The translations under genes were made by a program, and so were the position numbers. 64,000 nt of DNA from Trichodelitschia bisporula. Its lineage: Eukaryota. Shown here one piece after another: positions 25,815-37,565 of this stretch (position 1 is its first letter; every line of letters starts with the position of its first letter). The notes beneath the pieces are model-generated. The model ran no database searches and was not told the DNA's origin. It saw only the letters and a program-made list of their open reading frames with translations. The stretch spans positions 372,001 to 436,000 of the forward strand of contig ML996688.1 of assembly GCA_010356995.1 (NCBI GenBank). The letters are read 5' to 3'.

Positions 25815-28800
25815 CTGCATACGCCCTCAATCCCCACTCGGACGGGGCGGAGGAATATATAGGGCTTTGTCAGAAGAATTTCCCATTCTCCTCACCACCA
25901 ACAGTAAGTCCTTCCCCTCTCCATACCTCTCCACCCCCTTCACCACTTCACATCCCAACGGCAAACTTCCTCATTACCACTCTACACCCCAGAACAGCCA
26001 GTTGCCACCCTAACATCGCCAGAAATGTCCGGTTCTGAAGACCAGGCTCGCCACTGGGTATAAAGGGTCGGAGGGTGGATGGGGTCTGAAGGATATGATT
26101 GTGTATATATGGAGTGCATGAAGCACACGGAGGATGGGTTTGGCATCCCACGACCTAGAGTTTACTGAAAGTGAGGGAAAATATGAGCAAGGCCAGTGCT
26201 GCCGTTTCAGGGTTCAGCCTACGGTGTATGATAGTGAACATCTGTGAGGCAACAATCTATCACATCAATCTTGCATCACAGCATCGTGACTTAGCATATT
26301 TTCCCACGTCGTGATTTCCACTCACACAGTCCCGTTCCCATCCCTAACAAACCATCACATTAAAGGATCACTGACGCAGAGTATCACCACCGACCCAGCA
26401 TCCGCCGCACAGCCCACAGGCCCAACACCCCTACGACCCAGCCCAACTCAACTCACCAATACCAACCGTCTCCAAACGGCAATCCGGCACGGCCCCGTTT
26501 CCACCAAGCCGCGTTTACGCCTCGTGACCCTCGGGCGCCGTCCTCGAAGCATTCGAAGGCCACGTTCCGCTTCCAACGACGGCCGTTTGCCTTCGATTTC
26601 CAGTTTCCTCTAGCAGTTTCCCATTCCAGTTTCCCCCATTTACAGTTTCACAGAAGCGCAGAGTTTAGTCTGGGACCCACATAGCGGCTAGTTCTAGCAG
26701 TTTCGCAAGCCAACCCTTCTCACAGTCGTGAAGCGCAAAACAAGGAGATGCGCTTAATAGTGAAGCGCAAAAGAAGCGCAGCGAACCAACAAGACACATT
26801 AGCATAACCATTCACGGATCGCGGGCCCGTCTAACAGGCCCGCACTAGCCGCTCCCCGGACCAGTCTCGCGTGGGCAGCGCCTTCCTGAAGGAGGGCAGG
26901 GGACGGAAGGCGGAGGGCCCGGGCGCAAGGCGAGGCTGTAGGGCTGTCCCGGTCTGGGGATGCGGCGCACGGAGCCGTGGAATATTCTGCGCTTTCTTGC
27001 ACGCCATGTGCCAGATCGGCCTGGCGTATGCAGGGCACGCATGGACTCCCGCATAGGGGCGTTGGGGAGAGAGGACCGGAAGGAGGTTGATCGGGCGCCA
27101 CTATCGATATCGCGCGGGTGCTGGGGGGGTGAAACGGTTGTCAAACGGGGTTTTTGGGGGTTGACAGGTGTATCGATAAGAGACGCGGGGCTAGTGATGG
27201 GGGATATTTTGGCGGGGAAGGCGTTTGGATGGGAGATGAAGTGCTGGTGGGGTGTTTGTAGGGGCTGGTGGGTGTTGCGGGTTGGGTGGTATGGTGGGTG
27301 GGATGAGTGTGATGGATGTGAGGGAAGAGGATTTTACCGAGGAGGATTGGCGATAAATAGGTTTCTGGGCGTGAGGAAGAGGCTGAGGAGAAAGAACAAG
27401 CTTACATATAGAGCCAGAGACTCCCTTCTCTGCTCATCATTATACGTGAACGATGACTCTTCGTACGACTCCCACTCTTCAATCCCGCAAGGCACGCGAT
27501 ATACACAGCAAAGAAAACCACCAGACGTTAACACTTTCATGATACTTGGCACGTCCAAGCTGTCGGAAAATCTGCACAGCGCGCTCTAGCGCCCCCCGTC
27601 AAAAAAGGCTCCGACGCCAATCACGCGCCACACTGCGACGCGAGTTGAGACGCGAGAGCCCCGCGTGTCCGCGCAACTCCAAGCGGACCACCCCACCAGT
27701 GCACTCAAGCAGCCTACGCCAAAAACCTACAGTCCTAGGTCCACTCAGCACGTCGGCGCTGCGAGGAACTGCCGCAGAATTAGAGTCCGCGTCTGCATAG
27801 ACCGCGTTTTTGAGTCGAACACTGTTGCAGAGCCGCAGCGGCGGTGGAGTCTTCCGACCTTCGCGCGTCTAGGCGACGTGTGCGATGGGAGATCCCGCGT
27901 TCCCGATGGGGGTGACACTGCAGATCTTTTCGGGGAGACCTGCGGAATGCGTTGCGTATTGGGGGAGGGGGAGCCTGTGGAGTTGGGTGTCTGTGGGGCG
28001 GTTGACGATGCGGGCTGCTAACGACTTCATGCACCGCCTCATCCTACGCTCTATGTCTCTCGATATGAGGCGCTTGGTTGGGAGCTGGTGTTGGGGTTGA
28101 CTCATGCACAGCGGTTACGAGTACGGTACTTTGAGGCTCCGGGTTGTGGCGCTCCAACCCACGATCGCAATCCTCCGAAATGCGCTTCGGAGGGAATAGT
28201 CATTCAGTTACCGTACCCGCGATGGATGGCAATGCAGGCGGCTGCAGGAACGAACTAAAAGAGAAAGATGGTAGAGCTGCGACGTGTGGCAGAAAGAGTC
28301 CAACCAAGCAGCCAACTGGCCCCGTCCTGCCGGCGTTTCAACACCCACCAAGCCCGAGCGGCCGATTGGCCCGAGGCTTTCCTACTATTTTGACACAGCA
28401 GACCGTGTCAGTCGAGACAGCGACAGAGGAAAGTTGAGTTTCGGCGCGAAGATGGAGAAGAGAACGGTGTGTCCAAGTGTTGGCAGAGCGCTGGAGCACC
28501 GGAATGGTCTGTTGTACGAGGGTGCTTTAAAGATGAGAGCTCTTCTCCCTCCTCCTGGGCACTCCACCAAGATTCATTCTCACCGTCCCATGTCAGTTTA
28601 GCTTCCATTTGCCTTCTGGACAAGGCTGAGGCATCCATTCTCAACTACATCCCGCTGGAAACGACAGAGTGACAGGCGCACTCCGTCACGGGACTTCACT
28701 TCGACTTTACTTCAACACTATCTAATCGTTGGACAATCGCATTGTTGTTGCGCCAGTTCATTGTTCTCCCCTCAGTACTCACTCTATTGTCGCATACCTA

Positions 28801-29056
28801 TCACTTACTGTCCCGCCGGTTCACTATAGCGCTCGAGTGAGTCTCACAATTCACCCAACTCAACCCCAATAAAACTACCTCCGCCGCCTTCCAATTCTGT
28901 TTCTCTCGATCGTCCTTCTTCTTCCTTCGCATTCCACCCCCCGCAGTTCTCAGCATTCCACTGACGCGCCGCGCGACCAGTCTCTCTTCCAGTCTCACTC
29001 CAACTCCTCTTCAAAGCTTCTCCTCACAAACCAACAAACCACAAACTTCGTCAAGC

Positions 29057-30214
29057 ATGAAGCTCTCCGCTTTCCTCGCCCTCGCGGCGTCTTTTTCGAG
29101 TGCGCTTGCGCATTCCTGGGTCGAGCAGCTGAACGTCATCGACGACAACGGCACTTTCGTCGGCGCACCAGGCTATCCCCGCGGATACGTCCCCCGCACG
29201 AAGCCCGGTTTCGGCGATGCCTTGATGGTGCACCTCCTCCCCGCAGCATCGCGCTCCAAGATCGACGGCACAGATACCCTCTGCATGCCCTCCCAGCAGC
29301 AACCCGGCACCAACACACCCGACTTCCCCTCCCTCCGCGCCACCGCTGGTTCCTACATCGCACTGAAGTACCTAGAAAACGGTCACGTCTCCATGCCCCA
29401 GAACCCCCCGGGCAAACCAGAAGGCTCAGGCAAAGTGCACATCTACGTCACCACCTCCCCCTCACCAGACACCAAGCTCGTCGACGTCCTCAAATGGACA
29501 TCCACCGGCTCCTTCGCAACCGGCCGTCTCCTGACAACGCAAGACTTCGACGACGGCCGCTGCTACCAGCTCGCGCCCAGCGCGAAGAGCGTCCAGCGCC
29601 AGAAGGACTTCCCCGACCCGATCCCCGGCCAGACCGGCCCGCACGAGCAGTGGTGCGAGACGGACGTGCAGCTCCCCGCTGACACGCCGTCTGGCTCGCT
29701 GGCTATGTACTGGGTGTGGGAGTGGCCGACGATAGGCGCGGGCGCAAAGGACGAGACGTATACCACGTGCATGGATGTCGTCGTCGGCGATGCGAACGCC
29801 GTCAAGGCCGCGACGCCGGGCAAGGAAATCACGCCGCAGGACCCGCAGACCAAGGCCGTGCCGAGCTTCAAGCAGCGCGCTGCGGGCACGGATGCTGCTG
29901 CACCGCCGGCTGCGTCGGGTGCTGCTTCTGGTGCTGCTCCTCCTGCTGCCGCTCCGACAACGATGGTCACGAAGCCTGCGCCTGCTCCCCCTGCTGGCAC
30001 CCCCCCTGCTGCTCCTCCAGCTGCGCCTAATGCTCCTGGTGCGCCGGCCCCACCCGCGGGTGGTGCTGCACGCGCAACGGTCACAGTCACGCAGATGGTC
30101 ACAGTAACAGCCGGGTGCTACGGCGGCGGACGCACGGGCACGCCTCTCGGCCCCGTACCGCGCCCGACGGGTGCGGATGCGGGTCCGAGAAGATATAGCG
30201 AGTTCCGGGCCTAA
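29057..30214 (+). CDS. Secreted protein with mature N-terminal His; LPMO-like fold candidate plus Pro/Ala/Thr-rich tail
   Basis: Intronless 385-aa ORF with strong codon bias. Signal peptide MKLSAFLALAASFSSALA is followed by HSWVEQ; motifs LKYLENGHVS, YWVWEWP and ETYTTCMDV; low-complexity C-terminus. Confidence 0.88.
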   Translation: MKLSAFLALAASFSSALAHSWVEQLNVIDDNGTFVGAPGYPRGYVPRTKPGFGDALMVHLLPAASRSKIDGTDTLCMPSQQQPGTNTPDFPSLRATAGSYIALKYLENGHVSMPQNPPGKPEGSGKVHIYVTTSPSPDTKLVDVLKWTSTGSFATGRLLTTQDFDDGRCYQLAPSAKSVQRQKDFPDPIPGQTGPHEQWCETDVQLPADTPSGSLAMYWVWEWPTIGAGAKDETYTTCMDVVVGDANAVKAATPGKEITPQDPQTKAVPSFKQRAAGTDAAAPPAASGAASGAAPPAAAPTTMVTKPAPAPPAGTPPAAPPAAPNAPGAPAPPAGGAARATVTVTQMVTVTAGCYGGGRTGTPLGPVPRPTGADAGPRRYSEFRA

Positions 30215-31183
30215 ACAGGCAGACAGAGCGATAGAACCACGATAGAGTGCACTGCTTACGAACCTTGCATGATAGAAATGCGTAGCGGGTCTGCGCCGGC
30301 GTTTCGGGCTGGCTTTTCGGGTGGTGCATGGGCATGGGCGGACGGGTGGGAGTTCGGGAATGGATTTTTTTTACACGGATGGTGTTTTTGCGGACACTGC
30401 TAGATGGTGCGTCTCGGATACCCTTGTTCTACATTTTCTGCATTGTATGGCGTTTGTGTCGGCGGCTTTGTCCGCGGTACATACAAAAGGCAACGACAGC
30501 GCTGAAGCATTAGACTGAGCAATGAACAATGAACAATGAAATACAAAAATTGATAAACACACCCCTGAATCTATGACAACGAAGTGAAAGGTGCTATACT
30601 GTTTGAATCTACCACTGTGAAGTGAAAAATGAACTCTCGTGGCGCCCATTTCCCAATCCAACCAAATATATCCCCCCTGCTCTGCCATTCGCTAACCTCC
30701 AAGCGCCCGTATCCCCAGGCCGCCTGTCTAGCGTTCCCCTTCCATGTTCCGTCGCCACCTGTATAGCCGCTTCATGTAAAGTCACGCGATTATTCCGAGC
30801 CAGTCGTACCTGCATCCAATTCTGCAAATCGGAGGATGAAGCCAAAGACAATGGCGGCGCGTCGTCGTCTCATCGCGCCCGTGCGCAGCCTTGCGCTCTC
30901 GGGATCACATGTGGGTTCATGCGGGGACCAATCGGGGGGGGGACCAATCCCCAACTCACGGGTAAACCAAATCTCAATCAACCGCACGTCCACTCCATAG
31001 CCTACCGTAGATCACGGACCAAGCAAGACAGATTAAGAAGTCATCAATTGAACCACAAGAATCCGGGAGTATCTACAAACGCATCGCAAGATCGTAATGA
31101 AAACGCCACCAACCCCCGAGTAGATTCCGCCGACCGAACTCCGTGATGTACACTCTTTGAAAAAAAACCCGCCTGCATGTCGT

Positions 31184-33301
31184 CTAAGCCGACTTTTCAG
31201 TCTCCGTCTTCGCACTCTCCTTCTCTGGCGTCGCAGCCTTTGCAGGAGCAGCCTCAGACTCCGCAGGCTTCGCCTCTGTGGGCGCAACATCCGGTGTCGG
31301 GGCCTGGGCTTCCGCAGCAGCTGGGCTATCGGCCATCTCCACATCTTCATCCTTGACCTTTTCCTTGATGACTTCCTCAATAGCGGGAACCTCCGTCGGC
31401 GGTGCAGGCAGCGTGGCGGCATCCGGAGACTTTTGGGTTGGAGCAGGCGGCGACGCGACGCCCTCGTCAAGAAGCACCTCAGGCTGGGGAGTGACACTCG
31501 GCTGAGCGGTAACGGGGGGTGACGTCTTGCTCGGTTCAGATGCGCTCGTTTCCATAGCATCTGCCTCGATGACAGGAGTCTCCACTGGAGCTGCAGCCTC
31601 CGGCTCTGGCTCCTCGTCAATGTCCATCTCGTCCATGTCCTCATCATTTTCATCATCCGCGGCCGCATGAGCAGGGCTGCTGTGCACCGAGTGCTCGACG
31701 CTCCCGTTAGCGACGCTGGTATTACTGGATGCAGACGCCGTGCCAGCGCGGCTGGAGTCCGGCGTGTGCACGGCGGCGAGCTTCACCGACTCCTCGCGTA
31801 GGCTGGTGACGGTGGTGGTGCCGTTGCGGGCGACGAGGTGGGGCTCGCCGTCTGCGTCGATCTCGACGTCAGGCTGTGCGTGCGGATTCTCGTAGTCCAA
31901 GATGCCGACATTGCGCTGCCGCCACTCGCCGGGCTGTGAGCGGATGCCGTTGGCGCCGTCCATTTCTTCGTCCTCGCTCTCTTCGAATTCATCATCCCGC
32001 TCGATGCGCTTGTCCATCCGGTGCAACGTGTTGCGAACGTCCGGATGCTCGTCGGCGTCCAAGTCGTCTGCTTCGTCTTCCGCGTCGCTGTCCATGCCGT
32101 TGAGCATCGGGTTGCGGGGCACATCGGTCATCTGTGTGGACGGTGCGGCAGTGCGGCGGAGGTTGTCGATGACCTGGTTCTTGATCTTCTCGAGATACTC
32201 CGGGGAGTTGGCGTTATCCATATTTGACGGACGGACGTTCAGTTCGTAGTCCGGACCAAAGTACTCGTAGTAGTCGTTGTACGGAATTGCCGGATTCATT
32301 TCAACGCCCACCAGCTGACCAGTCTCGTACGCCCACGTCCGGGCAACGTTGCGCATCGTGTAACCACCACCCCCAAGAACCAGTGTGGGAAGGCCGAATG
32401 ACTTGACAAACTTGACGCAGTTGGCGTGCCCGTGCATGCTGAGGTTGAAGCAGCCGAGTCGATCGCCGGACAGGCTGTCACCGCCGCACTGGAGAACCAC
32501 CGCTTCTGGCTTGTAGTACTCCATCACCGCCCCAATGACAGGCTCGAACACATTCTTGTAGGTCCGGTCGGTGATGCCGTCACGAAGAGGGAAGTTGACG
32601 GCGTAGTTCTTGCCGGGACCGATGCCGATGTCGCGGAGCTCGCCAGTGCCAGGGAAGTACTCGCCATATTTGTGGAAGGAGCAGGTCATGACGCGATCAG
32701 TGGTGTAAAAGGCCTCCTCAACGCCGTCGCCGTGATGGACATCGATGTCGATGTAGAGAACGCGCTTGTGGAAGCGCAAGAGTTCGATGATACCGAGGAC
32801 GATATCGTTCACGTAGCAAAAGCCACTGGCTTCGCTCTTCTTCGCGTGATGGAGTCCGCCGGCCCAGTTGATCGCAATATCGCATTTTCCGCGGTTGAGC
32901 CTAGCAGCTCCCTCCATGCTGCCACCAGCGCTGATGCCGCAGAACTCAAACAACCCGTCGAATACGGGACAGTCGTCGCCAACATTGTATTTGCTCTGCT
33001 CCTTGGAGAAGTTGTCCATGTTGTCTGGCGTCACCTTTTGAAGGAACTCGACGTATTCGTCCGTGTGAAACTGCGTCATCTCATATTTTGTGGCTGGCTT
33101 CGCGCGGTAAATCTCCATCTTCTTGTAGCACCCGTAATTCATGATGAGGGAGTGCGCAACCCGAATGCGGTGCGGCTTCATTGGGTGCCCGGCGACATAG
33201 GCATAGTTTCCCACGTCGCTGTCGTAGAAGTACGCGACTTTCTTGCTACGAGTAGAGCCATTCGTCGACGTCTCGTCGACAGGCGGTCCCAACTCCGCCA
33301 T
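31184..33301 (-). CDS. RPD3: Class I histone deacetylase Rpd3/RpdA
   Basis: 705-aa ORF with [58 protein letters not shown] and GGGGYT motifs, plus a long acidic C-terminus. Confidence 0.98.
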   Translation of the reverse strand: MAELGPPVDETSTNGSTRSKKVAYFYDSDVGNYAYVAGHPMKPHRIRVAHSLIMNYGCYKKMEIYRAKPATKYEMTQFHTDEYVEFLQKVTPDNMDNFSKEQSKYNVGDDCPVFDGLFEFCGISAGGSMEGAARLNRGKCDIAINWAGGLHHAKKSEASGFCYVNDIVLGIIELLRFHKRVLYIDIDVHHGDGVEEAFYTTDRVMTCSFHKYGEYFPGTGELRDIGIGPGKNYAVNFPLRDGITDRTYKNVFEPVIGAVMEYYKPEAVVLQCGGDSLSGDRLGCFNLSMHGHANCVKFVKSFGLPTLVLGGGGYTMRNVARTWAYETGQLVGVEMNPAIPYNDYYEYFGPDYELNVRPSNMDNANSPEYLEKIKNQVIDNLRRTAAPSTQMTDVPRNPMLNGMDSDAEDEADDLDADEHPDVRNTLHRMDKRIERDDEFEESEDEEMDGANGIRSQPGEWRQRNVGILDYENPHAQPDVEIDADGEPHLVARNGTTTVTSLREESVKLAAVHTPDSSRAGTASASSNTSVANGSVEHSVHSSPAHAAADDENDEDMDEMDIDEEPEPEAAAPVETPVIEADAMETSASEPSKTSPPVTAQPSVTPQPEVLLDEGVASPPAPTQKSPDAATLPAPPTEVPAIEEVIKEKVKDEDVEMADSPAAAEAQAPTPDVAPTEAKPAESEAAPAKAATPEKESAKTETEKSA

Positions 33302-35039
33302 GATTGTTTTGCGGGCGGCGGGGAGACTGGTGAAGGTAAGGGTTTGCGAGTCTGAGCTTCAGGTGCTCTGTTGTAGTGCAGAGGAACCACAAAGTTGCTG
33401 ATGTCGATTTAGGTCAGGCGTTTGGGTACTGGTTGGCGAGGCGGGGAAGAAAGAGAGGTTCAAGATGCTCCACGAGCAGAACTTCGGGGAGCCGCAGAAA
33501 GTTTGATCCGAGAAGGCAGCTTGTTCGTATAAAAGTATTTCCGGGTTCCGAATTCGCCGCCAGCCACGCTTCATTTCGCCACATATATAGTCATATTCAA
33601 CTCCTGTTGAGAGGTACTCGTGGTACTGTAGAAAGCACGTATCACGGATATAGCATGGAAAGAATGGATGAATCGATTGATATACGGCAGAGAGAGAGAG
33701 AGTTCTGAGATCTATCCATGATGTGGACCCTAGGGTCTTGGCATAGCATTACGCCACTATGCTGCCTGCGCCACCTCTGCTGCCTGAGGCATACTACCCT
33801 TATAACCACGTCGTAGATGGCGGTTGACACGGTGTTGTTGTATATTGGGCTCATTGTACTAAACTTCGTCACTGCCAGATGCCTTTGATAGCTACATGTC
33901 AACTTGGAGCTCTCAAAATAAATTTTAGACTGGTGCGACATAATCAAGCAGCTCCACGTGCTCAAGGTGTCCACATTTCAACCTCGACCTGGCTCGATGC
34001 CATCTTGCTCATGCAGGTGGAGGCTGCATGCTGGAAGTACGTAGATGTATTTGCATAGTGTTGAATTTTGTACATTTGCCTGGCATCTTCGTACCCAGTT
34101 GTGAGGTAATAGAGGAAAGTAAGTTGGCATTGCGGGGTCGGTAAAGTCAAGCGATTCCGCAGACACCCCGCATTTTCCTTCCGGCTGAGAAAGCGCCACT
34201 GAAGACAAGCGGTGAGGATCTTCACTGCATTACCTGCGAGTTGCATCATACGAGAAAGAATCAGCAGTGCAGGGACAAGTGCTTGGAGTCCGTCTTTTTA
34301 CGTGCCAGGCACCTGAACTTTGCCCGCGCGAATTGGGCGACACCAAGCTTATGAAGTTGAAGTTCGGAGCAAAGGCGAAAACAAGCATTAAATAGCCCAA
34401 CCCACCTCACCTACCGTTTGCTACGCGATGCGGAAGTTCTGCTTCGTAACGCCGTCAAGCGTTTGAAAGCGTACAGAGAAGATGGCTTCTAGCCCCCCCT
34501 CACCCCCGCATTTGCCGCGTTCATGCAGGAGTATCAGCGCCGGCACGAGCTGGGCAATTTAAGGCGCAGAGAGGTCATCCAATGGCAAGGCAAGCAATAT
34601 GCTGACGGAGACCGATGTATCCCCATATCGAGACCCCCTCGCAGGTTTGCCTCACCATTTCTTTTGTACCGTACGGTAGTACTCAGCTCACGCGAGAAAC
34701 CCGTTGTGAACCCCCCACCGCCCCTTGGCCATTGTGATCGCTTCCGCTTCGGCCCCCTGGATCACTACGTTTACCGTTGACCGGACGACTGTCCGCCGCC
34801 TCCCAAGCCTTGCGTACTGTAACTTGTTGATACTCTCCGGGGCTGAATGGGCTTAGACTAGATGAGACAGCCTGTCCCTCGAACTGCCGAGCCCGGCCTG
34901 CTGGACTAAAAGCGTCCCCACATTAGCACATAAGCACCTCGTTCCCCCTCCTTCCCAGTGAAATATTTTCTCAGTGCTCTTCGTTCCGTCTTCGCTTGTG
35001 TTCAACTCGTTCTGGTCTTCTGTACTCTCAATCGCAACC

Positions 35040-36943
35040 ATGGAGGCTCTTCTCAGGCAGTCTCGCTCCATGTGCCCGTTCCTCAAGCGCACGTCTCCCG
35101 CCACTCTCCGCTCGCTGTCCACCACCACCGCCGCCCATAGCGCTTCACCCGGCGGCGGCAGCATGTCGAACTTGCAGGTCCTTGCGCGTCGCTGCCCAAT
35201 CATGGGCAAGGCTCTTGCCGTGCAGAGTGCGCGCTCCGGCAACGCTGCGCTCGCCGGCGCATTCGGCGGCGCGCGGGCCTACCACGCAAAAGTCGACAGG
35301 GCGCGGTTTCATAGCGCCACGCCGAAGGAGGCTCAAGCGGTTGACGTTCCAGTCGTTCGCAAGGAGTCAGGTGAGTCTGATGTTCCACGTTGCGAGTTTC
35401 GTGCCTGACGTCGCTCTTAGTTCCCTTCTCGAAGCCCTCGGTCGACCCACGAATGGTCGAGGCTGTTGCGGGGACGAAGCCTTCCGTCCCGCAGCCGGCC
35501 AAGTTTGATTACGAAGCCTTCTATAAGGCCGAGCTGGACAAGAAGCACAAGGACAAGTCGTACCGCTACTTCAACAACATCAATCGCCTGGCCAAGGAAT
35601 TTCCCCGGGCGCATCTGGCCTCGAAGGAGGAGCAGGTTACCGTCTGGTGCTCCAATGACTACTTGGGCATGGGCCGTAATCCGCAGGTCCTGAAGGCTAT
35701 GCATGAAACTCTCGACACATATGGAGCGGGCGCTGGTGGCACTCGTAACATTTCTGGCCACAACAAGCATGCCGTGGGATTAGAGCAGACGGTTGCGAAG
35801 CTCCATTCCAAAGAGGCAGCACTCGTGTTCTCCTCCTGCTACGTTGCGAATGACGCAACTCTGGCGACCCTGGGAAGCAAGATGCCGAACTGCGTAATCT
35901 TCTCTGACAGCCTGAACCACGCCTCGATGATTCAGGGTATCCGCCACTCTGGAGCTAAGAAAATGGTCTTCAAGCACAACGACCTCGCAGATCTGGAAGC
36001 CAAGCTTGCCTCAGTTGCGCCTGATGTTCCCAAAATCATTGCGTTCGAGAGCGTGTACAGCATGTGTGGGTCCATTGGCCCCATCGAAGGCATTTGCGAC
36101 CTTGCCGAAAAGTACGGTGCTATCACTTTCCTCGATGAAGTCCATGCTGTCGGTATGTACGGACCGCATGGTGCCGGTGTGGCTGAGCATCTTGATTACG
36201 AAGCCCATCTGGCTGGAAGGCCGAAGGGCACCATCATGGACAGGTGTGACATCATCACGGGCACGTTGGGCAAGGCATATGGCTGCGTTGGCGGCTACAT
36301 TGCTGGTTCTGCTAAACTCGTTGATGCCATCCGCTCCCTCGCGCCTGGCTTTATCTTCACCACCACTCTGCCTCCGTCCGTTATGGCTGGCGCGCAGGCT
36401 GCCATTGAATACCAAATGGAGTACCAGGGCGACCGTCGTCTCCAGCAGCTGCACACTCGCGCCGTCAAGGAGGCGCTGAAAGAAAAGGACATCCCTGTTA
36501 TTCCCAATCCGAGCCACATCATTCCTTGCCTCGTGGGGAGCGCCGAAATCGCCAAGCAGGCCAGCGATATCCTTCTCGAGGACTGGGGCATCTACGTGCA
36601 GGCGATCAATTACCCCACTGTGCCGGTTGGCCAGGAGCGCCTCCGTATCACGCCTACCCCAGGCCACACGCGCGAATACCGCGACCGTCTCGTCGAGGCT
36701 CTGGACACCGTCTGGAACGATCTCGGTATCAAGCGTACGTCGGAGTGGGCTGCCCAGGGTGGCTTCATCGGCGTGGGCGAAGCCGGAAAGGCTGAGGAGA
36801 CACCTCTTTGGACTGACGCGCAGCTCGGTGTCTCGGCTGTGACCGAGCAGATCAAGGCAGGGCAGGGTGCGGCACATATTTTGGAGAGCATTCTCGAACA
36901 GGAGCGGGCCCAGGCCGCCCCAGTCGTGGCGGCGGCAGCTTAG
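35040..36943 (+). CDS. HEM1: 5-aminolevulinate synthase, mitochondrial (exons 35040-35370, 35421-36943)
   Basis: Presequence with CP motifs (MCPFL, RCPIM); [41 protein letters not shown] and the PLP-lysine motif TLGKAYG; intron 35371-35420 (GTGAGT...CTGAC...TTAG). Confidence 0.98.
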
Positions 36944-37565
36944 GGATGATATGGCTGCGATGTTGAATTGAGAGGTTGAGCTCTGCTCCCTCGCAGGTGT
37001 TTCTGGATGAGCGCAAAGGATATGAGAGGAATTGACGACCAAACACGCTCTTTACCATCTAGGCCGAATCAAATCTTAAGATTCTCGGGCTAAAAAGTTG
37101 CATGTGCTTATTGTGATTGAGAGATGAGATGAGCGTTTCTTGTGAAGTAGAAAACAGGTGGTTTGCGCCATGTCATGATGTCTGATATCTTGAGGTCGCC
37201 ACGAGCCGCATGCCAAGCTCCAAGCCCCAAGCCCAAGCCCCCCCATTGTCATTCACGACATGGTCCGTGCAGTTTGTCTGCGGCGACGGGAAATATCCGC
37301 ATTCAAGCCCCAGCATTCATACCTGCAACTACACGCATTTCATCACCGTCTTCGTTTCCACTGTGAATCGCCGTCTTCAACTATCGATTTACAGTTCAAT
37401 TACGACAGACGCGTCTGAATCCATCAAGCGACACTTTTCGCGCGTTTTCCACCCCTTCTTCGCTGCAAACCTCTCAAAACCTCTTGTCCCCACCCTTGGA
37501 TGACCAACAGCTTATCGCAGCTTCAGTGCCATCGTGGGCACAGTGTCTGGAGGAGCTAGGCCATC

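Noticed and set aside
26934..27155. Possible SRP RNA (GGCTGTA start, AGGACCGGAAGG loop, T-run)
   Set aside because: Lacks the AGCAG half of the helix-8 motif and is short; not supportable without a covariance-model search.
32426..33355. 309-aa + strand ORF; likewise 36011-37042(-), 43772-44878(-) and 54538-55323(-)
   Set aside because: Antisense shadows of the codon-biased RPD3, HEM1, THO2 and CE1-like genes.
14856..36943. ERG3 plus HEM1 as a sterol/heme gene cluster
   Set aside because: They are 19 kb apart and separated by unrelated genes; there is no evidence of functional clustering.
37210..37503. 97-aa ORF upstream of THO2
   Set aside because: No coding signal; probably promoter or 5' UTR sequence.
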